Positions 49,649-63,389 of a DNA stretch of 64,000 bases are shown here, piece by piece. Each line of letters begins with the position of its first letter. Positions within the stretch are counted from its first letter, which is position 1. The notes beneath the pieces are model-generated. The model was given only the letters and a program-made list of their open reading frames with translations. It did no database searches and had not been told where the DNA came from. The position numbers and the translations under genes were made by a program. Source of the stretch: Callorhinchus milii (Eukaryota); assembly GCF_018977255.1 (NCBI RefSeq), contig NW_024704742.1, positions 110,486,001 to 110,550,000 of the forward strand, in the 5' to 3' direction.

Positions 49649-50410
49649 GATCAGTACTGGGTTGTGAAATCCACCACTGAAATAATTTGTAAGAGGGCAG
49701 TAAGCTGCAGCTGGTGGGAGACTGTACATATGGCATAATAATAACTATTAGCATGCTATTGGATCTCGTAATAATAACAATTACTTAGTTATATACAGTT
49801 ACATAGTGATAGAGCAAGGAAACAGACCATTCGCCCAACAAGTCTATACCAGTGTTTATACTCCACATGAGCCCCCATCTCTCTTATTTCACTTATCTAT
49901 AGCCCTGTTTTCCCTTCTTCCTGATGTATGAATTAAGTTTTCTCTTAAATATTTTGATGTTGTAATAATTCCACTTATACAACACTTTTGACATAGGAGA
50001 ATGTCTCAAAGCACCTTATAGAGATGGAGCTGGAGCCCGAGCTGGTTGGTAGTCAGGAAGGAAGTAATCAATGACATAGAAAGGGGTTTGAGATGAGTTT
50101 GAAAACAGAGGGAGGAAACGAGGTGGAGGGAGAATAATTCCCATTACAACAAAATAACCACCAAAATCCTTTCTTGCCCATTATTCAAACAGAACACCCA
50201 GCTTTGTAAGGAGGAAACTTTCATAAATCACTCAACGTTTTCGTTACCCATGGTGCAAACTGATTATTCCACAGCTTTGTCTCTTTGTGTGTACTCACAA
50301 ATATTACTGCAACTGAAAATCAGTATCTCAAGAATAAACAAATGGTGTGAAGTAGCAAAAAAGATTGGAGCTTTCAAATATTTTTATTGGAGGAATTATC
50401 AACCATGATG

Positions 50411-50490
50411 CAACAACAAAAAAATTACATTTGTAAAGCGCCTTTTAAGTCAGGAGGACTTCCCAAGGCACTGAACAGTCAGGGATCAGG
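50411..50490 (-). mobile_element. L2 3' tail
   Basis: agcgccttttaagtcaggaggacttcccaaggcactg. Confidence 0.75.
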
Positions 50491-52480
50491 GGCATAACTT
50501 GTTGGATCTGTTGCTTGGTGACTGAGAAGATGGTTATACTGTTTTGTATAGTCATTCTGAAATAGTAACTGAAGCAAAGAATAAAATACAATCTTTTCAA
50601 CGTGAGTGGTAGAGCATAAACTGATCTATAGCACTGTGACATGGGAAATCGTGCATTCGTGGTTGCAATTCCTGAAAGCCACCAGTTTAGCCCATTTCAG
50701 CAACCTTGCTGCAGAGCGGGCTAAGCAAAGGCATTGTTTGTCCCTATATTTTTTTGGGGGGTGGAGGGGTGGGGAGGGAAACAAGAGGAATCACTCTGAC
50801 AATTTAGCCTAAAGCTAGCAGTTCTAATATAATTGACACGCACTGTGGCACAATGGACATAAAGGTTAATTGTGCAACGGTAGAGTTGCCAATTGTATAA
50901 GGGATAAAAACAGTCTATGTTGAGAGAATGGGCGGCTATATTAACTCAGGCTCATAAAATCTTAAATGTAGACCTGACTGTCTAGTTGAGGAGCACTTTA
51001 AGTAAGTTAGGTTTATGATTTAAATAGTTTCCTATGCAACATAAAATAAGATGAGAAAAATGTGTATCAAGTTAATCCTTTAAGGTAACTGAAGGTCAGT
51101 CAAATGGAAATATGCCTAATAATTAACAGAACAGAAGGAAATCTATTGATGTGTACAATACCTACTTTTGTACATTCTTTATAACATGGTCAGAGTAGGA
51201 TAGACTCATAGGTCGCCTACAAAATATCTTTGTTTTCAAATGCCACATATCACTAGTGATTGTTCATAGAAAATAAAACGAATATAGTAAAACGTAGGTA
51301 GTATAAAATGTTTTCCATGGAGTTTGCCTAGTGTATCATTATTCTACAAAGCTCTTAGGTTTGAGGAAATAGGGAGTCCCTTTTACAACTTTTCATGTTG
51401 GTTAAGTCAAAGTGAGGTAACCTTGACATTTCCCCTCTTAGTGTTCTCATCGCATGCATTCATGATTTAGAACTGTGAAGAGGTTCAATTGCCACCTTCG
51501 TGACTCAAATGCATTGTACACACTGTCTTCTGGGATGGCCCCGGGGCATCTAGTGTCTAAGAAATGTGTAGGCTGTGTTTTTAATCACAGTTGGTACGCT
51601 TGTCTGGCTAGTAACAAGGCCAGCACAGTGACCTGGTCCCAGAGCTTTCATACACTCACTCTCCTTCTCCACAGTAGGTGTTAATGCATTACTTTGGGAT
51701 ATGTTAGAACACACTTACAAGTGTTTGGAGTTACAATTGACCTGACCGTGGGGAAAGACAATGAATAGGCAAGTATTTCTTATAAATAATTAACATGCAT
51801 GCTTCTGGGGGAGGGGGAAAGCAGTCTGTTTGAATAAAGAGCCATTTAAATTCATAATTGCAAGCAGGATGATTTTGTTAATAGGGTACCATTACAGTGC
51901 TTAGGTTCAGATGTTCATGCCACACCAAGTTCAGATGCAAATGTAAACATGTTGAATGATCCACACATTGTTATCGTTCTTTATTAATTATTGACATGAA
52001 TCACCGAGTTCACCAAATGTAGAGGCAGTGAATCTACGAATTGTCATTGCTTCTCTGGGCTGTTGCTATAATTATGAAACTGCTCTCATCAAAATAAATA
52101 ATTAGACAAACCTAATTATTACACCAACAACCAATTAAACTAAGACTTCAATTTTACAGAATTGCTTTGCCCATATTTATAGACCACTTTGCAAATCTGG
52201 GTTAATGATTTAAATTAATGGGAGATTATTCACCGTTGTAATGCACGACTTGCAGTGTAATGCTGTATTGTACCTTCAGCTGTATTGTAGGATGAAAAAC
52301 AGTGAGACCACTCTCAGGACCACTGCGGTCCTAGTGATGGCTCATATTAAATTCCATCAGCCATAAACCTGGAGAACTTTGCCAGTTCCCATTCAGCCCA
52401 TCCCAACATCATTTAGCCTGAAGGTGAACTGGCACCCGGACCATATTCTCCAATTCTAAGTGATGTTACCAGCGAGGGTA

Positions 52481-52692
52481 CATTTCTTTATCTAGCGAGT
52501 TGTTATGATCTGGAATGCACTGCCTGAAAGGATGGTGGAAGCAGATTCAATGTACTTGAAAAGGAAAAATTTGCAGGATTATGGGGTAAGAGCAAAGGAG
52601 CGGGATAGTTGAATAACTTTTTCAAAGAGCCAGCACAGGCACGATGGGCTGAATGGCCTCCTTCTGTGCTGTAAGATTCTAGATTCTATGAT
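52481..52692 (+). mobile_element. CR1 LINE 3' end
   Basis: tggaatgcactgcctgaaaggatggtggaagcag...gatgggctgaatggcctccttctgtgctgtaagattctagattctatg. Confidence 0.85.
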
Positions 52693-53203
52693 CAGGTGTC
52701 TCCAACCAGTCGATTGTCACTAAGTGACACTTGGACATGATTAAAAAGACAAGAGCGAAAGGACTGTGTATTTATTTAGTCCAATTGAAAACAAAGCCAG
52801 GTGCACAAAGTATTTCATGCACCTCGAAATAAAAATATAACCTTTATTGAATTGTGGTAATTATCGCTCTTTCCTCTTGAGTTTATTGAGCATGAAAGAG
52901 ATGACACCCAGTGGTGATGTACTGGTTGGAGATCTGTGCTGTTGATCATCTGCATGTAATGATGAATAATCAACACTCATAAGTTACCCTTGCTCTCATC
53001 TGAGAGTACTATTCAACCGATCAATGCAGATAATTTGCTACTCAGCCATAATCCTTTCTATGACTGATGCAATGTTCAGAGAGAGAAAAAAAACTACAAA
53101 GCTGAACCGGAATACAGCTCTGCAACTGGACATGAGTTACCATTTGTTCCTCATAGTACAAGGATTTAATCTGAATGCAAAAGGATTATTTGAGCTATTG
53201 GTG

Positions 53204-53650
53204 TCAGCATGACTCAGGTGGTACCATTCTCACCTCCAAGTCAGAAGGTTGTGGATTAAATCGCTACATCAAGATCTTGAGCTCACTGTCTAGGCTGACA
53301 CTCGAATGCAGTGCTGGGGGAGCGCAGCATAGATGGAGGTGTCTTCCTTAAGATGAGTATGTTAAACTGAGGTCCTATCTGCTTGTTCAGATGGATGCTA
53401 AATATCTCATGGCATTATTTGAAAAAAAGCAGGGTTTGTTCCAATTTTCTGGCCAACAATTTCTCAAATAAAATTGGTCATTTACTTCATGGGTGTTTAT
53501 GGGCCATTGCTGTGTGGAAATTGAATGCCACATTTAACTACAAATAAACAGTCATTAGATACAGTAAATCCTATGCAGTGCGTTAAGATATTTTGATGAT
53601 CTGATAAGATGCTAAATCAAATACAAGGAATGTTATTGTCAGTATTATTA
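53204..53650 (+). mobile_element. Deu-domain SINE, near full length
   Basis: agtcagaaggttgtgg...ctaggctgacactcgaatgcagtgctgggg...gttaaactgaggtcc, followed by the tail. Confidence 0.82.
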
Positions 53651-53690
53651 TTCACTGGTTAATGTAATTCGACAGCAGTTAAAGAATGAA

Positions 53691-54064
53691 TGATAATAAT
53701 CCTTTCATTTGATATAGTGCCTTATCATGTCTTTGAGATGTCTCAAAGCCCTTCACAGAATATACTGTAAAGTGAATTGACTATATATTTTGTGAGCGAA
53801 ATGCGGCAGCCAATTGCGCACAGCAGTGTCCCACAAGCAATCATGGATTGAGTGACCAATTTATTATTATTTCTTTTTGATGGAATTATTACTCCCGGAA
53901 AAGCTATCCACTAATTGACTAACAACCAGGTTCTCACATACTGCTAGATAAAGAGAGGCGTGTGGAGTAAGGAAACCAGCCCAACATTTTGCCTTGCCTG
54001 GAATCAAACCAAGGTCTCTCGCTTGTGAGGCGAGTGCTCTAACTATTGAGCTGCAGGACTCCAT
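53691..54064 (-). mobile_element. tRNA-SINE, full length, long form
   Basis: Runs from the tail to the head gagctgcaggactcca. Confidence 0.9.
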
Positions 54065-55189
54065 CTCATGGCTCTATAGAGATTTTGGAAAAACGAAATT
54101 GTGCTGAAATTAATATATCGCTAGACAAAAGGAGATGCTTTCTGACATTTAATGTAAATGAAGCACTTGTATTTGTTTCAACAGAATACCTCAGTGTAAT
54201 ATTTATATGATAAAAGCAATTTTGACTTATTGATTACACAAGATTAGAATCCAGTAACTGTCAGTATTCTCTCCAGAATTGCAGTTACCTTATGAGTTTG
54301 TTTATTTAAAATGTGATGGTGTCTACATTTTTCCTAATTATCTACATTTTGAAAGCAATTTTTTAAAAAAGGAAAAGTAAACCACTCAAGAGAAATAAAA
54401 GAGGGAAGTGACGATGTTTTGATAAAGAGCCCAGGTCTCACTAGAAAGCTGGTGACATACCTCTGAACATTAGGAGAATTGATTTTTTAAAATAGGGCAG
54501 TAATCTCCCAGGTTCTAACTCTGCATTCCCTTTTATCCTAGCCTACTTCACAGGACTAAATTGCACATCAGCCGAAAAACATTGTCTACACTCATGATTT
54601 GACAACTGAATGACTGAAGTAACTGAAATACAAAATTGAACCTCAAATTTTTTATGGCTGACCAAACATGAAGTACGAAATGTTTGGTGAAAGCTTGACT
54701 AGCCATCAATAGGCAGCAAGAGCATTGCTGGACTTTTATTATACATAAAAGGAGGCCAAAAGTCTAGGGTGTATCAAAAGCATTTCTGACCAAAGTCCAT
54801 CGCTGAAACCAAAACAGAAACCAAAACCATCCAAAAATGTTTAACCATTAATAGAGTAGGAAATAAATAAAATACAGTAGCTAGATTTAATGAATCACAT
54901 TTGGCTTCTCAATTCATGGTTTATAATGCATTTTCTATGACTGACCAAAACCCACAATGCTTTTTATGATATGAACTGTGATTTATCATATATGAATGTT
55001 CGCTCTATGCACAGTATTGGAAGCTGGGTCCCGCACACCCTATATTACAAGATGATGATTCTGCGTCCGAATCAAATACAAGGAAATCTGGGTTGCATGT
55101 ACAGAACAGCCAAATACTGAATTTCATATACGATAGATTAAGATACATTCAAATCAAATGAAACAAGGCAAAAATAACTTCCTCAACTA

Positions 55190-55370
55190 ATCCTATCAGC
55201 ATAACCTTCTATTCCTTTCTCCCTCATGTACTTATCTAGCTTCCCCTTAAATGCATCTATGATGTTTGCCTCAACTACTCCTTGTGGAAGTTCCGCATTC
55301 CCACCACTCTCTGCGTAAAGAAGTTTCTTCTGACTTCCATATTTGATTTATTGGTGACTATTTTATATTT
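55190..55370 (-). mobile_element. CR1 LINE 3' fragment
   Basis: cttccccttaaatgcatctat...ttccgcattcccaccactctctgcgtaaagaagtttc. Confidence 0.8.
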
Positions 55371-55691
55371 CTGGGATAAGATGAAGAAGTATGTTCCCTA
55401 CAGGCATTGTTGCCACAGTTTATGTAGCTTGGATCAGACTTCATGTTTGTGTGTTACCCACAGGCACCCAAGCCACAGTTCATGTAATGTTTTTTAGCTT
55501 TGTGTGAATCTCTTGATTATTCCTTGACTTCCATGCAACATGAATCAATGCAAAACAACCTCAAATGTTATTTTGTTACATGGATCAATGAGCAAAATAA
55601 TTCAAATGTTAGTTATTGGCACTATTTTAAATTTGAAATCTGCAAATAGCGCATAAAAACAGACATGATGTTCCATTGCAATATATATTCA

Positions 55692-56052
55692 TGGAGTCAG
55701 CAGCTCAGTGGTTAGAGCACTCGCATTGCAAGCAAGAAACCTGGGTTCAGTTCAATTTGGGTAAGTTTTCTTACTCCACACACCTCTGTTTACCTAGCAG
55801 TAAATAGGAACCCGCTTGTAAGTTGATTGGCAGATCACTTTTCTGGTGGGCAATAAATCCTTTAAAAAATATATAAATTGGTCACTCAATCCATGACTGT
55901 TTGTGGGACACTGCTGTGTGTAATTGGCTGCTGCGTTTCGCCCATAAAATATACAGTCAATTCACTTTACATTATATTCTGTGAAGTGCTTTAAGACGTC
56001 TTGAAGACATGATAAGGCACTATATCAAATGCAAGGTTTATTATCATTATTA
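55692..56052 (+). mobile_element. tRNA-SINE, full length, long form
   Basis: agctcagtggttagagcactcgc...cacctctgtttacctagcagtaaataggaaccc, followed by the tail. Confidence 0.9.
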
Positions 56053-57404
56053 TACGATTAGTAACATATTTAGAATTCCATATTAATTATCCAAAAACTG
56101 GTGTTAATTATTACGTATTATTTAGTTCTTATTTTATTTAGCACTTCAAGATATTCATTTTACTTGAAAGCTCTATAGAGGTTCAAATTGTTGTTGTACT
56201 GAAAATCACATGCTCTCTGCTATTTCTTGTTAGTTTTCTCCCATTTTGAGGCACCTTCACACAATGCATGGCTGGTTGAGTTGATGGGCAACTCTATTTC
56301 TCGCTTTCAGCCCCTCTGCAACAACAGCAACTTGCATTTATATAGTGCTCTTCAAGAAGGATAGTGATTCGGAGGGTGAAACTGGGAAGAGCAACTATTC
56401 TCCATTTTCTTTTCTTCCCAAAGGAGGCACAACTCTGTTCCAGCTCATTACCTCTCCTGATCACTCGGAGTTGGCTAAACTCAATTTTGATGATTTTACC
56501 ACTCTTCCTCCTCCCATAAGAAATCCTTCTGCAGCAATTAAAGTTTGATAAAGATAGTTCCAGGTATTTCAAATTTAATGAACATGAAAAACAATTGATT
56601 CGGGCACCGCATTTGTCTTCCGTCAGCCAATATGCCCCTGCACAGACGAGCAGTTTACTTCCTCTCAGAAAATCTTTAATTTTCCCTAAAAGTGACGGTA
56701 ATTAGCCTCCACTGACTCCCTGGGGTGTGACAATGTACATGTTGCTGGCAGTTAATTCTCTCAGCTGACCAATGAAGATCTAAGACTCTCAATTGGGAAT
56801 TGGTACACTGACAGGTAAGTGACAGAGTCTCCGTTTTATTCCATTTAACACAGTAAATGAGCAGAGCACCATATTCCATCGCTAATTCTAATAAATGGTG
56901 AGACGAAGGACTCCAGATGTTTAGCAATTGACAGGATATCATCCACATACAGGCATAACGTGTGGTCTGAGTTACATGCCCAGTAGTTTTCCTCTGTCTT
57001 CGTTTTGTTCTTCATGGCAACTGGTAGATTTTCAAGAACTGCTTAAAATATAGCAACACTTCATGTACATTGAATATCTAATAGCACTTAATGAATGTGA
57101 CAGGCAAAACCAAGCAGGGAGAAAGAAGGGAGAATTAAGGATGTTGGCTAAAAGCACAGTTGGAGATGTGTTTTTAGATAGTTTTTTAAAGGCACAGAGA
57201 GAAGAACCAAGACAAAGAGATTTTGGAAAGAAATACCACCAAAAATACCATTCTGCCTTCCCAACCCAGAGGGCAGAATGCTCTAGGATCTAATGCAGGA
57301 GACCTGACCTAGCTGGGACCAAGATTAATCCTTTCCAGAGTGTAACTAAGTTAGTCTTTCTCTGCTTCCAGTCATATGACTAACAATGGATTGTCTCTAA
57401 ATGT

Positions 57405-57872
57405 GTCAGCCTGGTTCAGTTGCTAATACTCTTGCCTCTGTCGTGGGTTCAAATCCCATGTTGGGACTTGGAAGTGCTCAAACTGTCTGATATGCTATCT
57501 CCCTCCTCCATCCCGTGTGAAGTATGCTATAGAAATGCAAGTTGTTGTTGTCAGGATTGACACTTCAATGCAGTGATGGGGTTTGCTGTATTGTTGGAGA
57601 TGCAGTGATGGGGTTTGCTGTATTGTTTGGATGAAATGTTGAATATGTTAGTGTTTGTTCAAGTGGATGTTAGAGATCCCAAGAGACTATTCAAAAAGAG
57701 AAGAGATTCCTTCCATCATCTCGGCCACCAATCCCCAAAATAGTCACTCAACTCATGGCTGTTTGTGGGGCATTGCTGTGTTCAATTGGCTGCTGCGTTC
57801 GCATACAAGGTGCACAGTCACTCCACTTTATAAACGCTTTGAGACATCCTCTTGACATGAAACGTGCTTTAA
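57405..57872 (+). mobile_element. Deu-domain SINE with a nested L2 tail (about 57475-57550) and an internal 28-bp duplication
   Basis: Head ctggttcagttgctaatactcttgcctctg; atgcagtgatggggtttgctgtattgtt occurs twice (57568 and 57600). Confidence 0.72.
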
Positions 57873-57933
57873 ATCAATGATACAGGGTCCATATTCGTAT
57901 CAATGATATGGAGTCCATATGTATCAATGATAT

Positions 57934-58132
57934 ACAATAACAACTTGCATTTATATAGCACTCTTCACTTGGGGTAGCGTCCCAGAGTGCTTCACAGTGA
58001 CAGAGTCTGACAACGAGCCAAGGGGAGTGGGAAGGGGGAGATGACCATAAGCACATTCAAAAAGGAAGGTCTTTAGGCAGGATTTGAAGGTGGGGAAGGA
58101 GGGGGCAAGGGGGAGTGATTGAGGGAGAGAGT
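57934..58132 (-). mobile_element. L2 3' fragment
   Basis: caacttgcatttatatagcact...aggaaggtctttaggcaggatttgaagg. Confidence 0.8.
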
Positions 58133-58849
58133 CATGACTCCAATAGGTCCTAGAGTCTTTACATTTTTAAGAGTGTAGGATTAATGTATGAAATCTAGCA
58201 CTTTTGTATTCTATCAGCATCTGATTATAACCATCTTCCATCATATCTTCTATCCAATGTTTAAATTCGCTATACAAATGACCTGTACAGTCATCTTTCC
58301 AAGGCATCTTCCCTCCTGGTCAACTCTTGTAGCTGAAATTATTTCTTCTTTTATTATCAGCCTCTTCAGCATTTCCATTTCTGTCTCTATTATCTATTTG
58401 TTTTAAAAGAAATATTTTCCCTCTAATTTCATTTCTAAGATAAATAGAGAATTACAAAAGGCCTTGAAGTCCTTGAAGTCCTGGATTCCTTATTATCAAT
58501 AAAGCCATGATACTACCTGGTTTTTTTCTAACCAATACACTAGGATCTTCCGTAACTCTGAACAGTAATGTAGCTGAGTTCTTGGAGTGCAAAATGGCTT
58601 TGTTTGCTTAGAGGGAACTTAGTTTACAACTCCCCTTAGCGTATCCTAAAATGTAGTTGCTTCAAGGTTTTCCTACCTGAGCATAAGAAGTCTAATTGTA
58701 GTATTTTCTTTTTAAAAACAGGATTCATTAATAAGAAGAATGGAAATTATGAGTCAGGGCATCTCACAGAAACTCCTCTCTGATGCAATCTGTTTCTGGA
58801 GTGGAGTTCCTGTTATGTACATGGGAAATCTAATGGGATTCTTTATTAA

Positions 58850-59260
58850 ACAACAACAATAACAGCAACTTGAATTTACCTAACCATCCTCTACACATGA
58901 GAGCATCTCGGAGTGCTCTCTAGTGATGGAGTTGGACATCAAGCAAGGGAGAAGGAGAGTGGGAGTCACAGTCAAAAAGACAGGGTCAAAGAGGTAGACC
59001 TTCACGTGGGATTTAAGATAAAGACAACACGAGGCAGAGGGATTGAGGCAGGGAGTTCCAGAGATTAGGAATGTAGTGGCAAATCGTATGAATGCGTTTG
59101 TATGCGAGTGTGAGGATCTTCGGAGATAAGGAACCAGTGGGTGTGTGTGAGGATACAGGCAGTGGAGCTTTGTATTAGTTGGACCTTGTGAATGATGGAA
59201 TTGGGGAGACTAGTGAGAAATTAGTTTGAGAAATCAAGGTAAGAGATAACAAAAGCATTA
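58850..59260 (-). mobile_element. Decayed L2 3' fragment
   Basis: (CAA)n tail, gggagttccaga (LWNS) and gaaccagtgg (HWF). Confidence 0.7.
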
Positions 59261-59361
59261 ATTAAAGAATTCTATTAAGAAAGACTATGAGTTAGTCCCC
59301 TTGTATCCCATGTACACACAATAATTTCCTACATATCACATTTAGTATGCTCTACGAGTTA

Positions 59362-59572
59362 CTTTGCGCACCTCCCTTGTCTCCTTGAAGGCCCATCTCA
59401 AGACCCTCCTCTTGGACTACACTTTCGGTCACCCTCCCACCCCCACCCTCCCTGCCCTCCACCCATTCTGACCTCAACCCCCAGCTCGGGTGCAAATCCT
59501 TGACTGTACAGTGCCTTGGGAATTCTCCCAACATGAAAGACACTATACAAATGTAACTTTTGTTTGTCGTTG
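59362..59572 (+). mobile_element. L2 3' end
   Basis: catctcaagaccctcctctt...cagtgccttgggaattctcccaacatgaaagacactata. Confidence 0.8.
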
Positions 59573-59909
59573 TGTGCTGGTCAGTTAATTCTGCCAAGCT
59601 TTGTGCGGTCAGAATGTAGAATAAAACTTCCAGTGTCCCTAGGGTCTGGCATATTAAGATACATGACTCATTATAAAGATAGATTTTCCTTAACATGCAC
59701 AACTACAAATTATTGCATGTGACCTGTCTTTAGTTCACTTCAGATTCTCACTTATTTCAAGATCCAAACCGAGTAAAACCATTAGACACAGTGCTTAAGC
59801 CAAGCCATAGGATCACTATTTCTCATATTGAAATGAATGGAATATGTGGAAATTTGTCAAATAAGACAACCATGTCAACAATTTCCTATAATAAAAAACT
59901 ACTGCCTGC

Positions 59910-60021
59910 CTTAACTCTGACATATGCTCTTTCCTTTCTTTTATAGTGCTCTCTCGCAGTTGATGTACTCTAGTTATTTTGTCCTTCTGTCTTCTGTGTT
60001 GCTTTATTTGTCCCTGGAGTG
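59910..60021 (-). CDS. Candidate coding exon, charged and coiled-coil-like
   Basis: Acceptor gtggtcttgttctcag is followed by a purine-rich open frame LQGQIKQHRRQKDKITRVHQLRESTIKERKEHMSEL. The best donor I found is a non-canonical AAG|gcaggc. Confidence 0.3.
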
Positions 60022-60374
60022 CTGAGAACAAGACCACATTTGGCAAGAGTGATTTTAAAAGGAAAACCTTAAAACTAGCAGTCGTTGCTAGCATTATTGT
60101 GCCAACATATACTCCTCATACCGTCCCATGAGATGGAAAGTTTCAATCTACCAACACGCAGTCGCAAGAGAACATTTTAAGCTTACAATCGCAAGGTCTT
60201 GAGGCAAGTCAAATTTCAGGCAATATCTCCAGTCAGAACCATTGCTGGTTCTTAACATCAGTGGAATCTGATTACAGCTGAATCCCGCTGCTACCTTTTC
60301 CTCTACATTTTCAAACATCACATGTGATATAAATGTCTTCACACAATAATTTTCTTTAGTGCAAATAATATTAT

Positions 60375-60687
60375 CCATCCTTTGGATGAGAAGCTAAACT
60401 AAGGTCCCAACTGCCTGTTCAGATGGATGTTCAAGATCCCATGACACTATTCAAAAAGTGAAGGGAGTTTATCCTGGTGTCCTGGCCAATAAATCCCCCC
60501 AAATAAAATTGGTCATTCCCTCCATGGCTGTTTGTGGGACATTGCTGTATGCAAACTGGCTGTAGTGTTTTGTACATAAAATATCCAATCAATCCACTTT
60601 ACAATATATTCTATGAAGCGCGTTGAGATGTCTTGATAACGTAATAAGGTGCTATATCGAATTTAAGGATGATTACTATTATTATTA
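60375..60687 (+). mobile_element. Deu-domain SINE, central and 3' part
   Basis: ggatgagaagctaaactaaggtccc...caagatcccatgacactattc...ggtgtcctggccaa, followed by the tail. Confidence 0.8.
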
Positions 60688-61159
60688 GTTATGCACCTTT
60701 TAAGTGTGATATATGTGCTTATTGTGTTGTAATGGTTTTCTTCCCTCAAATCACCCTTGTATGTTGTCGCACACTATGAATTGATGCGGTAGGGAAAGAA
60801 ACAAATTAAATAGTCTGAATTAGAACATAAAAGAGCATAAAACAGAAAGTTCCATCAAGCCTGCTCTCTCCACAGCCAAAGCAAACCTTAGCCTACCATT
60901 ATCCCGAAGGTAGTCAAGGAAGGCTCCGGAAAATTAATCTATTTTCATATCTCCACCACTCAACTCTGGCCTCATTCCCTCAAGACACAAACTTCCGTAT
61001 GTCTCTAGCAGCACCATTCTTGTGTCCCATGGAGTATGATTCATTTTGGTCTGAACATATCCCTACAGCCTTCAATATTGTTCTCAAGAAGATACTTATC
61101 CAATTCTTTTTTGAAGGAATTAATCAATACAACATTGAATGCTTTTGTTGGCAGTTTGT

Positions 61160-61480
61160 TCAGGACGAGGAAGGGATTAATAATGGGGTCCGTTGGAGAG
61201 CTCCTGGGCATGATAAGGAACGATGACAACATGTTATATGATGAGATAAGAAGAGGATGTATTGATTGTAATGTTATAATAATGAGCACCTTCAACCAAC
61301 CCAGCTGGAACTGGCAATTCCTTGGTAACTGAACAGAGTCGGAATTAGTGAAATTGGTACCAGATTGCTTTTTGATTCAATGTCTCAAAACAAAAGCAAA
61401 AAGCACCAATGATAATTCACATCCAGATCTGGTTCTTAGAAATTATCACAGATTGGGACTGGTGACCATATCCTGATTAA
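61160..61480 (+). mobile_element. Decayed CR1 endonuclease-domain fragment, adjacent to a minus-strand CR1 3' end (about 60820-61155)
   Basis: YDEIRRGC..NVIIMSTFNQPSWNW resembles VIMGDFNxPxINW; there is also a DLVL motif at about 61426. Confidence 0.55.
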
Positions 61481-61674
61481 ATTGAAGACTTAGCAACCAA
61501 CACTACTGAGGAGCACAACAAATAGAGATTATTTGAAGAAGCCAACTTCAATGGCTTCTGAAGTGTATATTTCAAGGTTCTATAATATGAAAAGAAATGA
61601 ACTCGGAAATAATAATCAAAGATAACGAACAAAAAATAGAGTACTTTTGGAAAAGTAATGCTAACCCTAACCAA

Positions 61675-62348
61675 AATAACAACAACAACAAAATTACATT
61701 TATAGAGCGCCTTTCACGTCGGGAGGACGTTCCAAAGCGCTGAACAGTAAGGTGTCGGGGCCTGAGCATGGGGGAGGGGTGGTGCAGGGGTGAGGGAAGG
61801 CAGAGAGATGGGAGGGTGACCAAAGGCACGATCGAAGAGAAGTGTCTTGAGACCAGCTTTGAAGGCGGCAAGGGAGGAAGCGCGAGAGTACATGAGCTGC
61901 AGAGTTTTGGATGATCTGCAGCGTGTGAAGGGAAGAGTTGGGAAGGCCAATGAGGAGGGAGTTCCCATAATTGAGTCTTGATGTGACAAATGCATGGGTG
62001 AGGGTTTCGGCAGCCTGAGGGTTGAGGCAGTGGCGGAGTCTGGCAATGTTGCGGAGGTGGTGGTAGTCAGTGCCGGTCATGGCGCGGATGTGGGGGAGAA
62101 AGGACAGTTCAGGGTCAAACAAGACACCCAGGTTCCTGACTGGCTTTGTGAGGATGAGTGTGCAGCCATGGAGGCTGATGTTGCCAGCGCCCGAAGTGCG
62201 GAGGGAATGGCGTGAGCCAATCGGGAGGACCTCGGTCTTGCTGACGTTAAGTTGGAGAAGGTTGTCCCTCATCCAGGACTTGATGTCGGACAGGCAGTTG
62301 GTCAGAACGCCAGTAGTCGTGGAGTTCAGGGTAGGGGCAGAGAGATAG
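61675..62348 (-). mobile_element. L2 LINE 3' fragment, young and internally deleted
   Basis: NLLQLNVSKTEVL...VRNLGVLFDPELSF...HAFVTSRLNYGNSLL, with a stem-loop and (TTG)n tail. Confidence 0.93.
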
Positions 62349-62599
62349 AGATGAATTATACATGTGTACTATGAACTATACATTCTGTATAATCAATGGA
62401 AATCATAGAACGTTTGCAGCACAGAAGGAGGCGAATTGCCTATGGTTTCTGTGCTGGTGCTAGATCCCTGAGTTGAGCGATCTATTCTACACCCATTCTG
62501 TATCTCATTTCACTCAATCTTTAATATTAATTTTACTCAAGTATTTATCCAATTCCCTTTTAAATGCTGCTACAACTTGACTTCAACAACCATTTGAAG

Positions 62600-62780
62600 A
62601 CAAGGGAGTTGAAGAAAATTTTCTCTGGTGTCCTGGCCAACAACCAGCTGAATAAAATTGGTCAATCACTCTGCAGCTGTTTGTGAGACACTGCTGTGTG
62701 CAAATTAGCTGCCACCTTCTCTCACAAAATACAAACAGTCAACCGATTTTGCAATATACCCTGTATAGTGCTTTGAGAGA
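62600..62780 (+). mobile_element. Deu-domain SINE 3' part
   Basis: ctggtgtcctggccaac...ctgtttgtgagacactgctgtgtgcaaattagctgcc. Confidence 0.7.
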
Positions 62781-62799
62781 ACTATACAGGGTATATTCC

Positions 62800-63092
62800 C
62801 AGGGCGGGGAAGCAGAGAGATCGAAAGCACAGTCGAAGAGGAAGGTCTTGAGATGGGTATTGAAGGTGGCAAGGGAGGGGGCGCGATGGAGGGACTGTGG
62901 GATGGAGTTCCAGCGGGTGGGGGCAGAGTGGCGGAAGCCCTACCCGCCAATAGTGGGGCGAGCAATGTGGGGGACAAGAAGCAAGCTGGAGCCCACTGAG
63001 CGGAGGCAGCGAACAGGATGGTAGGGGGTTAGGAGGTCACAGAGGTAGGCGGGAGCAAGACCGTGGAGGGCTTTGAAGGTGAGGGCCAGGAG
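62800..63092 (-). mobile_element. L2 3' fragment
   Basis: LLALTFKALHGLAPAYLCDLLTPYHP. Confidence 0.88.
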
Positions 63093-63389
63093 TGGTAATG
63101 TAAGAACATAAGAAATCATGGAATGAGAAGCAGGGATAGGCATGTGGGGCCATTCAGTCCATCAATATTATTATTATTATTATTATTATTATATTATTAT
63201 CAAGGTGGGGGAAGGGGGAGGGAATGAGTAATAGAGTACTTTGAAAATTGAACCAGTCAAACAAGTCTTTCCAGGTGTCGCACATTTCTTTAGAGTAAAA
63301 ATTGCAAAATCCAATATCGTAATTATCATTAATGGACGCGTGGCATTTGCAGAAAAGTAAAATGACCTCCTTAGACTTTATGAAAATCA

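Noticed and set aside
56764..56820. Plus-strand exon-like segment ending in acag|gtaagt
   Set aside because: An isolated consensus donor with a weak acceptor and no recognisable peptide is expected by chance in 64 kb.
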